DNA of 63,581 nucleotides, filler included, from Choristocarpus tenellus KU-1152 (Eukaryota; Protista; Phaeophyceae), in the NCBI GenBank assembly GCA_964200185.2. It is 13 parts of 13 records of this genome, joined end to end, with 100 filler letters (N's around TTAATTAATTAA, not from the genome) between each part and the next. Parts side by side here need not be neighbours in the genome. Positions count along the whole stretch, not along the records: positions 9,733 to 13,450 come from CAXNAD020018324.1; positions 13,551 to 16,537 come from CAXNAD020023128.1; positions 16,638 to 19,340 come from CAXNAD020025494.1; positions 19,441 to 22,211 come from CAXNAD020024886.1; positions 22,312 to 30,331 come from CAXNAD020005263.1; 8 more parts are not named here. One strand, given 5' to 3'. The position numbers and the translations under genes are program-made. The notes beneath the pieces are model-generated. The model saw only the letters and a program-made list of their open reading frames with translations. It did not search any database and was not told where the DNA came from. Below, piece after piece: positions 12,901-26,700 of this stretch (position 1 is its first letter; every line of letters starts with the position of its first letter).

Positions 12901-13123
12901 TACCATTCCCCACACTGCTCAATCTGTTACGTGACTTTTCAACCTTGTTTTTTTTTTTTTTTGCAGGTTTCATGGAGATCGTCTCAGGTTTTTGCAGACA
13001 GAGCGGGATGCTCAGCAGGCCTTGGAGGAGCAATCACTCAATGCTGAGAGGCGCTTTGAGGCGATGATGGCCAAGCTCTTGGTTGAAGAAAGTCTTGCGC
13101 ATGACTGGCTGTTGAGGTTGCAG
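9965..13123 (+). CDS. Unidentified coiled-coil protein, internal exons (9965-10106, 10449-10555, ~10934-11075, 11726-~11869, 12967-13123)
   Basis: AG/GT-bounded, E/K/Q-rich open exons (e.g. KERKAKVEEMRQEEIDK-FNDDVEVY; FLQTERDAQQALEEQSLNAERRFE). The first three joins are phase-compatible. The last needs a phase-2 donor, possibly GC at 11870. Confidence 0.6.
10168..10363. mobile_element. MITE family M2, reverse orientation, intronic (contains an N10 gap)
   Basis: One end is GGCTCAAAGTATCC and the inverted end is GACCCAAGTATCT-29-GTCCATTT. The body matches the reverse complement of 3450-3510. Direct repeat TAT on both flanks. Confidence 0.8.
12252..12331 (-). tRNA. tRNA-Leu(AAG)
   Basis: GACCAGG/CCTGGTC acceptor stem, D arm TGTCCGAGCGGTCTAAGGA, anticodon arm CTGTG-TTAAGGC-CGCAG, long variable arm and GGTTCGAATCC T-loop. 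A T5 Pol III terminator follows at ~12238-12242. Confidence 0.95.
12535..12792. mobile_element. MITE family M1, reverse orientation, complete intronic copy
   Basis: One end is GAGTCAAAGTATCT-16-(ATGCGTTTGGGG) and the inverted end is GAGTGAAAGGATCT-27-GTCCATTTGGG. Perfect 14-bp internal inverted repeat at 12677-12710. Confidence 0.9.
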
Positions 13124-13430
13124 GTATCTTTTTCTTGATTCATCTGAAAAATGTCATAGTGGAGGAAAGAAGTTTGAAGTGTATGTACAAAGTGTGAATA
13201 ATAACATGCCAATACTACTAATACTCTGCTTTAGAGCAATGTAGAGAGTAAGTACAATTTCCAAGTAGGGATACTCTCAACTACTCCAAAGATGTCCGGC
13301 CTAAGATAGTCTGGTTTGGAATTTTCTTGGTCAGACAAATCTCGTTTGCTCAAAGTTTCAAGTCATGCATATGTTTCTTTCAGTCTGGAGGGCTGTTTTG
13401 AGCTTTTGTGGACATTAATTCCCCTGTTCT

Positions 13431-13450
13431 GGGTAAAAGTATCTGGGGGG
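13431..13450. mobile_element. Start of an M2-type element at a contig end
   Basis: GGGTAAAAGTATCTGGGGGG running into the gap. Similar isolated ends at 9733-9751, 16454-16505 and 30291-30331. Confidence 0.65.
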
Positions 13451-13550
13451 NNNNNNNNNNNNNNNNNNNNNNNNNNNNNNNNNNNNNNNNNNNNTTAATT
13501 AATTAANNNNNNNNNNNNNNNNNNNNNNNNNNNNNNNNNNNNNNNNNNNN

Positions 13551-13675
13551 CCCAAAAACCGCCCCCAAAACCCCGGCGCCCCTACGGGGCCCCCCCCCCC
13601 CCCCCCCCCCCCCCAGATACTTTGAGTCAGGGTCAAAAACAGACGCCGGCACCCCCCCCTCAGATATTTTGACCC
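13551..13675. mobile_element. Two tandem or nested M2-type element ends
   Basis: poly-C-AGATACTTTGAGTC ends at 13628. It is followed by GGGTCAAAAACAGAC-17-AGATATTTTGACCC ending at 13675. Confidence 0.7.
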
Positions 13676-14453
13676 TGGTTGTGATTGAATTCTTGTGGCT
13701 TTGACTCTCATCTGTGCGTATTTCATGTTTGTGTGGGTGTGGGTGTGCTTATGGTTGACTGCAATCCACTCCTGCAAGCAAAGGTTAACAATAGTTTTTT
13801 TAGTAGTTGGTTGCTTGTAGGCACTGTTATGTAGTATATTAAATAGTGGTGCTCATAGTGTAATAGTGTTGATGGTGCCGACTAGTGCAGGTCATTGCTG
13901 TACCTATCATTTGCTTCACTCAAAATTACCACTAGAAGTTGTCGCCACAGTGTAAGCAGCATTATTGGCAATATATGGGTAATTATGTAATTGTGTTACT
14001 ACTGGTGGGTAGGGGTTAGGGTTAGGGTTACCGTTGTCAAGATAGTATGGTGTGTGTAGTGTTGGATTGGACAGCGCAAGAAAGATAGGAGTGGATACCC
14101 TATGAAAGTGATGCAAAGTTGCTTGACCAATGCTATTTGTTATGGAGATGAACACAGTAGTAACATGAGAGAGAGAGGTGTATACACCTGTGCCTCCTAA
14201 GCAAGACACTGGACACTTTGATCATTCCAACATGAAATGAAAGGTAAATATGGTATGTGTATTACGTGTGCTGTCCCTTGTCGACTATTTTGGAATGCAG
14301 TGCTAGATTTAGGGTTGGGGTTAGGGTTAGGGTTAGGGTTACAGCTCTGTTGTGTAATGATGACATTTTTGGCTTGAGGTTGGTGTGCTTGAGAGCATTG
14401 CTGCCAGATTTGTGGCCAGTTGTTGACTGTATTTAGTTCATGCTTCTGTGCAG

Positions 14454-16093
<1,640 letters not shown>

Positions 16094-16453
16094 GTAGGCT
16101 GCAGCAATAGGCACTTTGGGGAGCCAAAAAACATGATAAAGGTACTGCATATGATACATGTTTTTTTTATATCTTGAAGAGACTGGAGTAAGGGTGTGTT
16201 TGTTCCATCAAAAACGGTGTCGGGGTTCCTACAAACTGACTCTAAACTGCCAAAAAGTAGGCAGTCTGCTTTTGTCTTGAGCAGGACAAATGAAGAGGAT
16301 ATGGTGTCTGTTTCCTACTTCAACAGGATTCATTGGAAGGGCTTGCTGATTCTGGTGTCTGGTCCTTAGCAAGTTTTGCTCAGTGAAATTTGTGAAATTT
16401 GAGGTGGAATTGTGATGATGCGTACTTCTCTTTGAGGTGTTTCCGATACTGCA

Positions 16454-16537
16454 GACCCAAAGTATCTGGGGGGGGGGGGGGGGCTGGTCTACCCCCGGGA
16501 TTCCATTTGGGGCATGATATTGTTTGGTATTAACCTC
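16454..16537. mobile_element. Long arm of a bipartite-end MITE at a contig end
   Basis: GACCCAAAGTATCT-poly-G-CTGGTCTACCCCCGGGA-TTCCATTTGGGGC. Confidence 0.7.
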
Positions 16538-16678
16538 NNNNNNNNNNNNNNNNNNNNNNNNNNNNNNNNNNNNNNNNNNNNTTAATTAATTAANNNNNNN
16601 NNNNNNNNNNNNNNNNNNNNNNNNNNNNNNNNNNNNNTTTTCTGTGTGTTGGTGGTCTGTCCCCGCCGGGCGGTCTTT

Positions 16679-16734
<56 letters not shown>

Positions 16735-16783
16735 GGGCATCACATGTACATTCTTTTAATTTTATTTCCCAAAATGTTCAAAG

Positions 16784-18402
16784 GCACTGCCGGGTGGAGG
16801 GGAAGGAGCTGCTGGGGGTGGGCAGGTGGGAGAAATCGAGAAGGGTATATTGGATCACTTGACGGGTCTCATCAAGACGAACTTTGATGCCAAAAAGGTA
16901 CAGCAGTAGCCTCGCATTACAGTATCCTGAAGGGCTCGGAACAGTTGGTTCAAGAAAGTGCTCATTAAGAAATCCATATTGGTGTTCAGTTGTTGTTGTG
17001 GCGACTTCGACTCCCTCACCGTGTATCTCAATAGTTGTATCTCAATAGTTGTATCTCAATGGTTGTATCTCAATAGAATGGTTGTATCTCAATAGTTGTA
17101 TCTCAATGGTTGTATCTCAATGGTTTTATTATAATTCCTCATCGTTGGTTTTTGGGTGCTTCTGGTGTGACATTGGTCCCGGGATGTGAACAGGGTTAGG
17201 GTTTGGTGAGTTGTATTGTTTGACTGTGTGGGAGGAGGTACTGTAGGCGGCACGACGGATTCAGGTACACCACACCGCCGTCTGATCAGAGGGTGTGTGT
17301 ACCTGAATCTGTCATAGCGGCGATCTGTGATATATATATATATTTTTTGTCGTCTGTTGCTGTATTTTGAACGATTGGTGGGTCGTGTAACTTTGTGTAA
17401 AACGTATTTTGCATTCTTTTTGCTCTGGTCCTGGTCGTTCCAAACCGTCATCTGTTTTTTGTGAGAAAGACAGACAGACGCCTGCGGTGGTGGTGCATGC
17501 CTCGCTCTGGCCTTGGTTGTTGTTTTTCGCTGAAAGAAGATATGATATGATATACGCCTGGTTGGAGGTTGAATCGGGAAGGCGAGTGGGTTGTGTACCT
17601 CCCCGATTGTTTTTTATTGTGTGTGTGTGTGTGTTTGTTTTTTTTGGTGGTCGTTTTAGTCTGAGCGCTAGAAAAACGTATGTCTGACTAAAACGCCTCC
17701 TTGTGATCATCTCGGGCTTGATTGAGGTGAAGTAAGTAAGACGTGCTCTGAGCTACGATAGGAGATAGGGTTATATAGAGTTAGGGTTAGGGTTAAGGGT
17801 AGGGTATATTTTCTAACCATACTGTTGGAAGACTTTTTTTTATTTTATTTTCTGCGGTGATTAGGTTCTAGAACATGCGGATACATGTGCTCATCAATTG
17901 TGTGTGTGTGTGTGTATGCATTTGTTTATGTTTGTTTATGTTTGTAGTGATGTGTGGCGTTTGTTTGTTGAGCCGAATTGGGAAAGGTGAGGATGGTACT
18001 GGTATCGGAGGCGATGCACTATGACAATAGATAGATTAATACATACACATCTATACCTGTACCTATATCTGTACCTACATCTGTATCTATCTTTGTGTAT
18101 TGTGGTCATGGTGTGTGTGATTAATGGAATGGTCATGATCGGGGTTGATAAGGACCTCCTATATGACTATATGACACCTGTTCTTGCTCAAATGCCTTGC
18201 TTGTTGTGGTATTTGAGCCAACCATTCTTACGCTGTTGCTAGTGTTTCGACGGAGTTTGATTGGATAGACTCCAGTGGAAGCAGAAGTAGATAAAATGGC
18301 ATGACTGAGGGATGTAGGGAGCAGGCGAAGATCGATACAGTCATGCGCACAGCCACAAATCAAATGCCTGCTGAGTTTTCACACAATTTTGCTGTCTCCC
18401 TC

Positions 18403-18439
<37 letters not shown>

Positions 18440-18857
18440 TTCTTTTTTTTCTTTTTTTTTTGTTATTAAATAGGGGGTGGTTTGTTGTGGNNNNNNNNNN
18501 CCCACAGCCACAAATCAAATGCCTGCTGAGTTTTCACACAATTTTGCTGTCTCCCTCTCCCCCCCCCCCTCCCCCCCACCTTCCTCATTTCCTTTATTCA
18601 TACTCTTGGGTGTAATAAAATGGAATGGATTGGTTATTGGCAGGCAGATGCCCTCCTGGACTCTAGCAGTGCCATGCCGGAATGGCTCATGGCAATGCAG
18701 GCTGACCCTGGTTGGAGGAGGGTACTGATTGAGCTGGCTCACGAGCACCATGGGTCCACACTGCTGAGGTTCCTCCTCAAGCAGCTCAGTGACAGGGGAC
18801 ACCACCGGGAGATAGCAGCTGTGATAAGTGTCACAGACTTATTTCCAGTGTTTAATG
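16784..18857 (+). CDS. NELFCD: Negative elongation factor C/D (TH1 family), internal exons 16784-16897 and 18644-18857
   Basis: The spliced peptide DHLTGLIKTNFDAKK-ADALLDSSSAMPEWLMAMQADPGWRRVLIELAHEHHGSTLLRFLLKQLSDRGHHREI matches the TH1/NELF-D segment as I recall it (HLKSLLIKHFDPRKADSIF..PAWLEQMI..WRDLFYKLAE.HP..LMLNF..KLISDAGYQGEI). Confidence 0.85.
17022..17125. repeat. 14-bp minisatellite (GTTGTATCTCAATR)
   Basis: About 7 tandem units in the NELF-C/D intron. Confidence 0.9.
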
Positions 18858-18885
18858 GTGAGTACCAGAACTTGATATATGTACG

Positions 18886-18919
<34 letters not shown>

Positions 18920-19976
18920 CATTTTTTTTTGCCACTTTGAGAAGTGGAACAACAAAAAAAGAAGGGAGAAAGAAATTTTCGCGGAAAATGCTTCGTGGGG
19001 TAGTTATTGCTATATTGTAGTAGTACTGTTTCTAGTGTTAGTGCTGTGGTTATGTTATGTAAGGTATAGTACGTAGTAGTGTGTGATTTTTCTTTTTTTT
19101 GTTAACTGTTTGAAGAGACGTGAGATGAGAGGAAAAATTTTAGGAAATATATTTCTTGGAAATGATTTATTTTGTTTAGTTGCTGTGGTAGTAGCGTAGC
19201 AGTTACATTTGCACATTGTGGTTTTTTAGTTTAAAATAAAAAAAAATGCACACTTTGTATGAAATGGATAGTTCATCTCATGATGCTGTGTCTACCCCCC
19301 CCCCCATCTTTTTAGAAACGTTGATTTTTTTTGGGGGGTANNNNNNNNNNNNNNNNNNNNNNNNNNNNNNNNNNNNNNNNNNNNTTAATTAATTAANNNN
19401 NNNNNNNNNNNNNNNNNNNNNNNNNNNNNNNNNNNNNNNNAAATACAGTCGCAAAAAAAACCTTTCAGTACTTTTTAAAGACAGTTTTCACAAAACAACC
19501 TTCCTCATAGTCCCGCTCCTGCCTCAATTTTGAAAATCCACTGTTAGCTGAAAAACTGAGCTGCTGAAAATCTTTGACTATTTGTTTTTTTTTGTTACAT
19601 ACAACTACAATTGTGACTACTGGATGTGTCAGATATCACACAGTACCACATATTCACCACAAGGTAGGTGTCGCTACCTAAAACTCATTACACATTTTAT
19701 TCGTAATGGCTTCAAATCTGCCTGCTGAGACCTGTAGAGGATTTGGAGTTTTTGCCTCATGGCACACTCGCCACTTGGCGACCTGCTTGCTTTCCATGAG
19801 CACCGCCTCATGCGCCGAAAGTTCAATTGGATTAATCATTTTTTTTCTCCAAGGGATTTAGTCGTAGTAGGTCGTTATTTATTTTGGTTCACAACACCAC
19901 AAAATACTAATAGATGCAGAAAAAATATTGGAAGTTATAAATACATCCAGATAACAATCATTAAATATCCAACCAG

Positions 19977-21723
19977 GTAACTCCAGCATCACCAGCATCA
20001 AGTCCAAGCAGGGACACCTATCCACTAAAACATCTCCACAAAAAAAAGAAGTACAGACCTGTGCACCCACCACCAATACTACTAAAGACCCCTCAGAGGT
20101 GTCCGAGGTAATCATACTCCATTCCCAAGCCAAAGTTCAGCACCTCCTGTCAGAAAGATACATGTTCTGTGACTGCCAGTATTTTGAAGTGGCAAGCTGC
20201 ATCACTGAGGCTGATTTGTAAGCTGGTGTAGTAGTCCTTTTAGAGTGTTCACACCATTCAGTCATGTATTAATGCATCCATACAGCAGAATCTCCATTGC
20301 TTCGGACTTGAGCATCCGAATCTTCACTTCACAGAACGTGTTTCAACATGATGACACCCCAAAACCATATCCGTTCATACCTTTTCGCACCTATTTTTGC
20401 CACTCAGACATGAAGCGCTAAGAAGGGGATGGTGTAGATCAAGATAATATTGTTGATGTGAGTTCTGGATTTGTATGGGGTCACAAAATCCAAGAACTTC
20501 CCTACATCCTCGTCTACACCGATCTGGGTTTAAATTATGGTACCTACCATTGAAACTGTCTATGAGTCGCTCCATTTACCGTTTCAGATCGGTCGATAAT
20601 AACATTTCACCAGACTTGTGTCCAATTACTAGGCAACATGCCGCCCAAGGGGCGCAATAAGCGGAAGTCTGTAGCCCTCACCCTCTTGGAGCAAGCTCCA
20701 GTCCAAACTGAGGTGGATGTGCTAGCAAGTGTGGCACCTCCAGGGGAGGACATTGCGTCAAGGGTAAGGAGTGCGGGAAAGATGGTGGAAGCAAGTCCGC
20801 AGGACTTACGCCGTAACAAGGATAAGATATTGACTAGTATGTAAATTCTGCTCAGAAAAGTGGAACATAGCCTTCTTGCGAACATATTTTTTCTTGCACC
20901 TTCGATTCTGTCGCAAATCGCACAGGTTCTCGAAAGTCTAGTGTGGGAGGTTGCGAGGCACGAGCATGCGCGGACTCTCAATGCTTTGGCGGTGAGAAGT
21001 AGTCAGCAATTAGTGTTGCTCACTCTTGACCGCACCTGATGTTATTCACCTTAAGGCATAAAATATCCCGAGCAATGGTACGCAAACTCTTCTTGCCACA
21101 TATACTGTCATTGAGACTTCCGTATAATTGGCCCAAGCAAGGACCTGGGTTAATCGGGTCGAATACGAACATATCCATCATAGTTGCATGTAGCAGGGTC
21201 AAGACACTGTCCTCTAGGCGACCCGTATAGGTCCAAACTATTTCGTTAGAGTGTGCTTCCCTGTCTTTCATCTATCATCTTTCATATATCTTAGGTTGCA
21301 TGGTGCTCCCGCTGGTTGACGGAGGATGTGATTCATGTTGTCGGCATGGACGACTGCTTAATATCCAGGGAAAGTGGTTCGGAGCAGACAGGAGACAATG
21401 ACCAGGTAGTAATACAACACAACGACGTACATCCTTCACAGCAAAAAGGGAGTTTGACTGGAGAGAAAGTACCTTACCAATCTTGAAAATTATTATCGTG
21501 AACCATTGTTTGATTCCTTGGAACGAGAATAATTTTTTTGGTTCATGCCAAAACCCTGTGACCTCTCGATTATCAAATTTGTCTCTGCAGATTAGTGAGT
21601 TACCACCACCAGAGATTGATACATGTGGAAGAGGATGCTTGCCTCTGAGAGAAGAATGGTCTCAGGGCAAGGACACGATTCTCAAGGGTTCATTAAGTGA
21701 GGACAGAGGAGATGGTATCGAGG
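19977..21723 (+). CDS. Possible exons (~19977-20108, ~21591-21723) of an unidentified low-complexity protein
   Basis: Open, CAG/GT-bounded S/T/K/E-rich segments. No motif recognised. Confidence 0.3.
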
Positions 21724-23031
21724 TAAGGAATGATCAGGATCAAAGGGAAATTCTCCTCCCAAATTCTAGTGGCCACTTAATCTTGTGGTCAAACGTAATC
21801 GTGACTGCACTAATTGCAGAGGTTGAACTCTCTCAAGAGTATATTTGGCTGGATACGCCACGAATACCCTTTCCTCACAAGTGCTCCATTCTTAATTCAA
21901 GCACTTTGAGCCACACAGAGCAAAAATATATACCCTCTACCTCCACCTCCCCTCCTTTTCCAGATCGGGACAGGACAAGCAGTGTGCGTGCCTTCTCTCT
22001 GTTGGGTGTGCTTTCCCCACCTCTATCATGTAGCCCAGCCTACTTAGTCTTCAAGCAGCAAGCAACAAATAACTTAAGAAAACAATTGTTTTTCTATGCG
22101 GTCCGTTCATCAGGCATACAGAATGTTTCACCCAACTGACACATAACCCCAGAAAAACATAAGTGGTAGTGCATATGGTGTGTAACGCCCCTTGCCCTTT
22201 CCCTCCCCCCCNNNNNNNNNNNNNNNNNNNNNNNNNNNNNNNNNNNNNNNNNNNNTTAATTAATTAANNNNNNNNNNNNNNNNNNNNNNNNNNNNNNNNN
22301 NNNNNNNNNNNCTACCCAGCCCCCTCCCCCCCCCCCCCCCCCCCCTGATTCTCACCCTCCGATTTTTAAATGTAGACTTGACCTAAGAAATTACATTGTT
22401 TCGTTGCCATTTTCGAAATGACATATCTTTCTTGACTCTTTTGCCATTGGTATATCATTTTAAACCACATCTCTTTATGATAGGAATCCAAAAGGTTTTC
22501 TAAGTGTTTCTATTCACATGCCCATGTTTAAAATAAATACGCATATTGAAATAGTGTCTAGTTGTAGTCTTGCACTATTGAATCCTATGTTTGACTCTCC
22601 GTCTACCATGAGAACGCAACAGACATTGTGTCTAGGGTTAAAGGACGGGTGATGGTATGTTTCATTCAGGGGGGATGTCAAGGTTGTCCAGTTAGAAAGC
22701 AACGTCCTATATGGATGGAGAATTGGTAGGTAGTGCATGCGGGTATGGATTACCTTGCCAACGATGGGTCAGGGTAGTCTAGGCAAGCAGTAATGTTTTT
22801 GGGGTGCGGGGGGTTGGAGGAGAACTGCATCCTATTGGTTGAATGTAGTACTTGGGCTGCTTTGATTGGTGCAAAACCCCTTTTTTTTTGTTCTCTTTTT
22901 ATTGTATGACCCCTGAATTAGAGCCCTCCATTACCCACTCGTCAATGTTGGGATAGCTTGTGGACCAATGTATTAGCTGGGATAATCCTTTAGTGCCTAG
23001 ATAATACCAATCTTGGCATCATTTTTTCAAG

Positions 23032-23753
23032 GTCGGTCTGGGAGATAAGGGTGATCAGGATGGAGGAGATACACAAGAAACACTCTGGGGCGATGTTGCT
23101 GCTACTGGATCTGCAGTGCTGGTGAGTGAGCCTCTGATGTGTTGAGTAACTGTAGCCCGAATTCTAGTAGTGACTCTCAATTTCCTCTTCACCACAGAGT
23201 GGTTTATTGGTGTTTCCAGTCCTGTCCAGCTCTTTAGTGTTTTCCTCCAGAGTACTACCTACCTATCATCATCTCTACAATTAGGATACAGTCTCTATCT
23301 ACCCATGACTTTTTTTAAGGGTATATCCTTTACTGACAATACTCCATGCCTGCTATTTCTTGTTGATGTGGATAAGGGGGAGGAGAATGTTTATGTAAGA
23401 GGAGAAAACCCCTCACAACCTAACAATGTATTTTTTGCTACGACGGCCTTCATTTATAACAGTTGTGTTTTACTATTTTATTCTATGACAAGGACAGATG
23501 ATACAGCAGTAATGCTAGACTATCTGCAAGGTCGTAAGGAAATCTCTGTCAATCCTATCCCCAAAGTATCAATTCCGACCCTCTTGTGTGATTTGTGTGT
23601 ATGTGTTTTTATTGATGTTTCTATGTTCACCCTTGCTCTTTTTCAGTTTGGAGTTTATGCGACAGCACTGCGGTTATGGGTGCCGTTTGACGAAGAAGCA
23701 GTCATACCGCTCATCCTAGGCTACATGGGAGTATTCAATGTCCTCCTCTTCAC
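23032..23753 (+). CDS. SLC35F5/THI74-like drug/metabolite (EamA) transporter, exons 23032-23121 and 23647-23753
   Basis: The spliced peptide ETLWGDVAATGSAVL-FGVYATALRLWVPFDEEAVIPLILGYMGVFNVLLF fits the SLC35F pattern GD..AL.SA..YG.Y..L........G..G.FN.L. Confidence 0.75.
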
Positions 23754-26700
23754 GTGAGAAGACAAGTTGAAGTGTTGCCTTCGATGCCTCACCCCTGGCT
23801 CCCTTCCCTCAGTGCATTTCCCTTAGGATCAAGTTAGGGTTTAGAGTCCTATCCTAAACCCATTTCGTAAGCTCAGATGCCTAGCATATGGTGATACACG
23901 CCATGCAGGTGTTTGCTTAGGGATGTTTTTGTACTGTTTCTGGAAGATGACCGATTTCTGCTGGCCTAGTACATCGGAGGATAATGGAGTGGTATTCTGT
24001 CATGGTATTTACTGTTAATTGTGTAAGTAATCTATGACATGCTGTCAAATATTTCTCAAATAGTTACACAATATGACCAACTTAACCCTAACCCAATTTT
24101 TGCTGTGGGTGCCATGTATTGCGGACCTTGTTACTTCATGCATGAACCGCGCGATGTATGTTTTCTAAAAATCGCATGTCAGCACAATTTATTGCTCGAC
24201 AAGTAGGTTTCATTGGGACAACTCCATTGCTAATATTTCCTATTTCACCAAGAATTATTTCTAGAATATCACCCTCCTGGTTGCAGTCAGCAGTGGGCAG
24301 GTTCCTTTTATATGGACCATGTTTGGCTCATTTCAGTGTTTGCTGGAAAATGATGTACGATGTAGAAGATCTGTGTTACCTGTCTGGAGGCTGTTTGAAA
24401 TTGCTAGAATCAAGGCAGGGTTTGTTATCATGTTTCAATTAGTTTTCTGTGATGTATCCCAGAGTACTTTGAGCTCATACCAAGTGTAGTGTACTCAAGC
24501 TGTGTTGAATTTATTATTTTGAGACTGAAGCGCATGGGATTGACTTGTTGCCCTCAAGAGTCTTTGCAAGGTATCGGACAACACTCTATTCCTTGCCATC
24601 ACAAATAGTAGGCTTGGATTCTGCCCGAAGCGCATGCTTTATGGGCTCATAGCTAGCCCTCTCTGACCTATTGTACGGATAGTTGTATATCTTAGTGGAA
24701 GTACAGATGTACAATGTTATGTGCCTGGGGTTAATGAAAACGCTTTGCAGGTGGGTATTTGAACTATGGACAGCGGTCATACTTCCGATAGTTGTCCCAT
24801 GCGATACATAGTTTCAATGTTGCCATGGATATTGTTAGTTCAGTATCATATAGTGTGGGTAAGACGTCCTGACTGTGGGCACTTGTTCTAGCACAAGTGA
24901 AATGAAGGGAAGACCCGTGTCGGTGAAGGATTTTCGTGTTACTGCAAGGATGTCCCATCATTTTTGGTAGAAGGGGGAGTCTCTACCTGCTAGTGCATGC
25001 TGTTGCAAGGAATATTTGAATAATGACAACAGTGGCAGTGCTGACAGTGAGGGCGTTGAGGAGAAAGGGAGATTGGACAAGAACCCTCTCAAGCTGCGTG
25101 TGGTGCAGGGCGCCTTTGCTACCCAATCACCCAGCCTTGCTGGGTCGCGCCAATAGGCTTGTGCCATCATGCACGGCACACAGAGGATGCTGCCTGGAGG
25201 GTGGTGTGCAAGCCACCAAACCCTAGAAAGATTTTTCGAGGCATGCGAGGGGTGGGACAACTGCGACAGTAGCAACGGCCAGGCCCCCAAAGCGCTATCC
25301 TCAAGAAGACGTTGAAGGCGGGTAGTAGGCACCTCAAATGTGTGAGGATTTCCACTGTGCATGATTTTGTTCGTATGTATACTTTCGGCACAGAGGAGCA
25401 CATTTGTTGTGGGGCCTAGAGTGGATTCTACAGAAAGGGTTGCACGTAGAGGACATCAGAGAATACCTCTCAAGATGTCAAAGGCAAATTGGCAGACTAG
25501 GGAGTTAGCAAGGACCCAATGCAGAACGATGGAGGCTGCTTTGTGGGGTGTTCCTGACTGTCTAGTCGACTGATCTCACATGAACATAATCAATTCCCTT
25601 GACCAGGTATTAATACCCTAGTGCATGTGTCTCACTGTAGTGTCAACAGTGGCAGATCCAATGTGCACTATGGCAAATGGGAAGGTGATGGGACTGGGTG
25701 ATGTCCGAACTGATTCCAAATCTTGAACCTCATCACAAGTAGACTCTTGTGGAGCTTTTCCACGACATTGTGTTGTCAGTATAGCATCAGCAGCTTATGA
25801 TTCAGGGGTGGAAGGGATGCAGTTGTTACTGTGCTGTGCTTTACAAGGACCAGGAGTGTGGCAACTACAGGGACATCTCCTGGTAGCACATGCTGATAAC
25901 GTACGATTCAATCATTTAGTATGAACAAAATTTTATCTAGATAACATACTCCATGAGGACCAAAACTGATTACCGGTCTTGAGGTCCACGAAGTAGACAT
26001 AGTGTTTACCCTGCATGCCCTATGTAACTTGGTAGAGAAGAGCATAACCTATGTGTGCTTCGTTGGACTGCTGAGGCCATTTGATCCTGGTGATCATGGC
26101 CTCCTGTGGACCATGCTTGCCGAGTTAGGTGTGCCAGAAAAGAAAAGATTATGTTGATCATCTGTCAATTCCACATTGGAATGTGGACATGTGTAGACAT
26201 TGATGGCAAGATTGGGCAGGTTGGTTTGAGGTTGGGCAGGGCCTTCAAAAAAGGTGTGCCCTTGTGCCTGTGCTGTTCAAGATCTTCACTCCAGTGCTAA
26301 GAGTAGTGGACATGGAGTTGCACTTATACAGTGGTCTTCAAGGGTCTTGTCGTTATTGAAATCGCAAATCAAGACAATCAGATGAGAGGAGGGAAGAGAG
26401 GGAGCAGGAAAACACCTGCACTACATCTGTGGGTAATGCTCATCGTTGTTAATCCCATTGTTGTGGCTAAGGCACAAGAAAGTTTGGTCAGGATGATGAT
26501 GGTCAAGGAGGTGTCCTGAGCATCTGGTTGGACTTGTTAGGAGTGGAAGGTGGAAGCCATGTACCTTCAATCTCTTGCAAATAGACTACATATCAATGCA
26601 GTTTCAAACTTCAGACTGGAGCTCTGCAAGCAGAATGAAAACGTTGTTCATATTGGAGCATCGCCACCTAGATCAACTGGGGGATCCAACAGGCCTTGAG

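Noticed and set aside
18348-18575. ~70-bp direct duplication around an N10 gap
   Set aside because: Most likely an unmerged scaffold overlap caused by the poly-C run.
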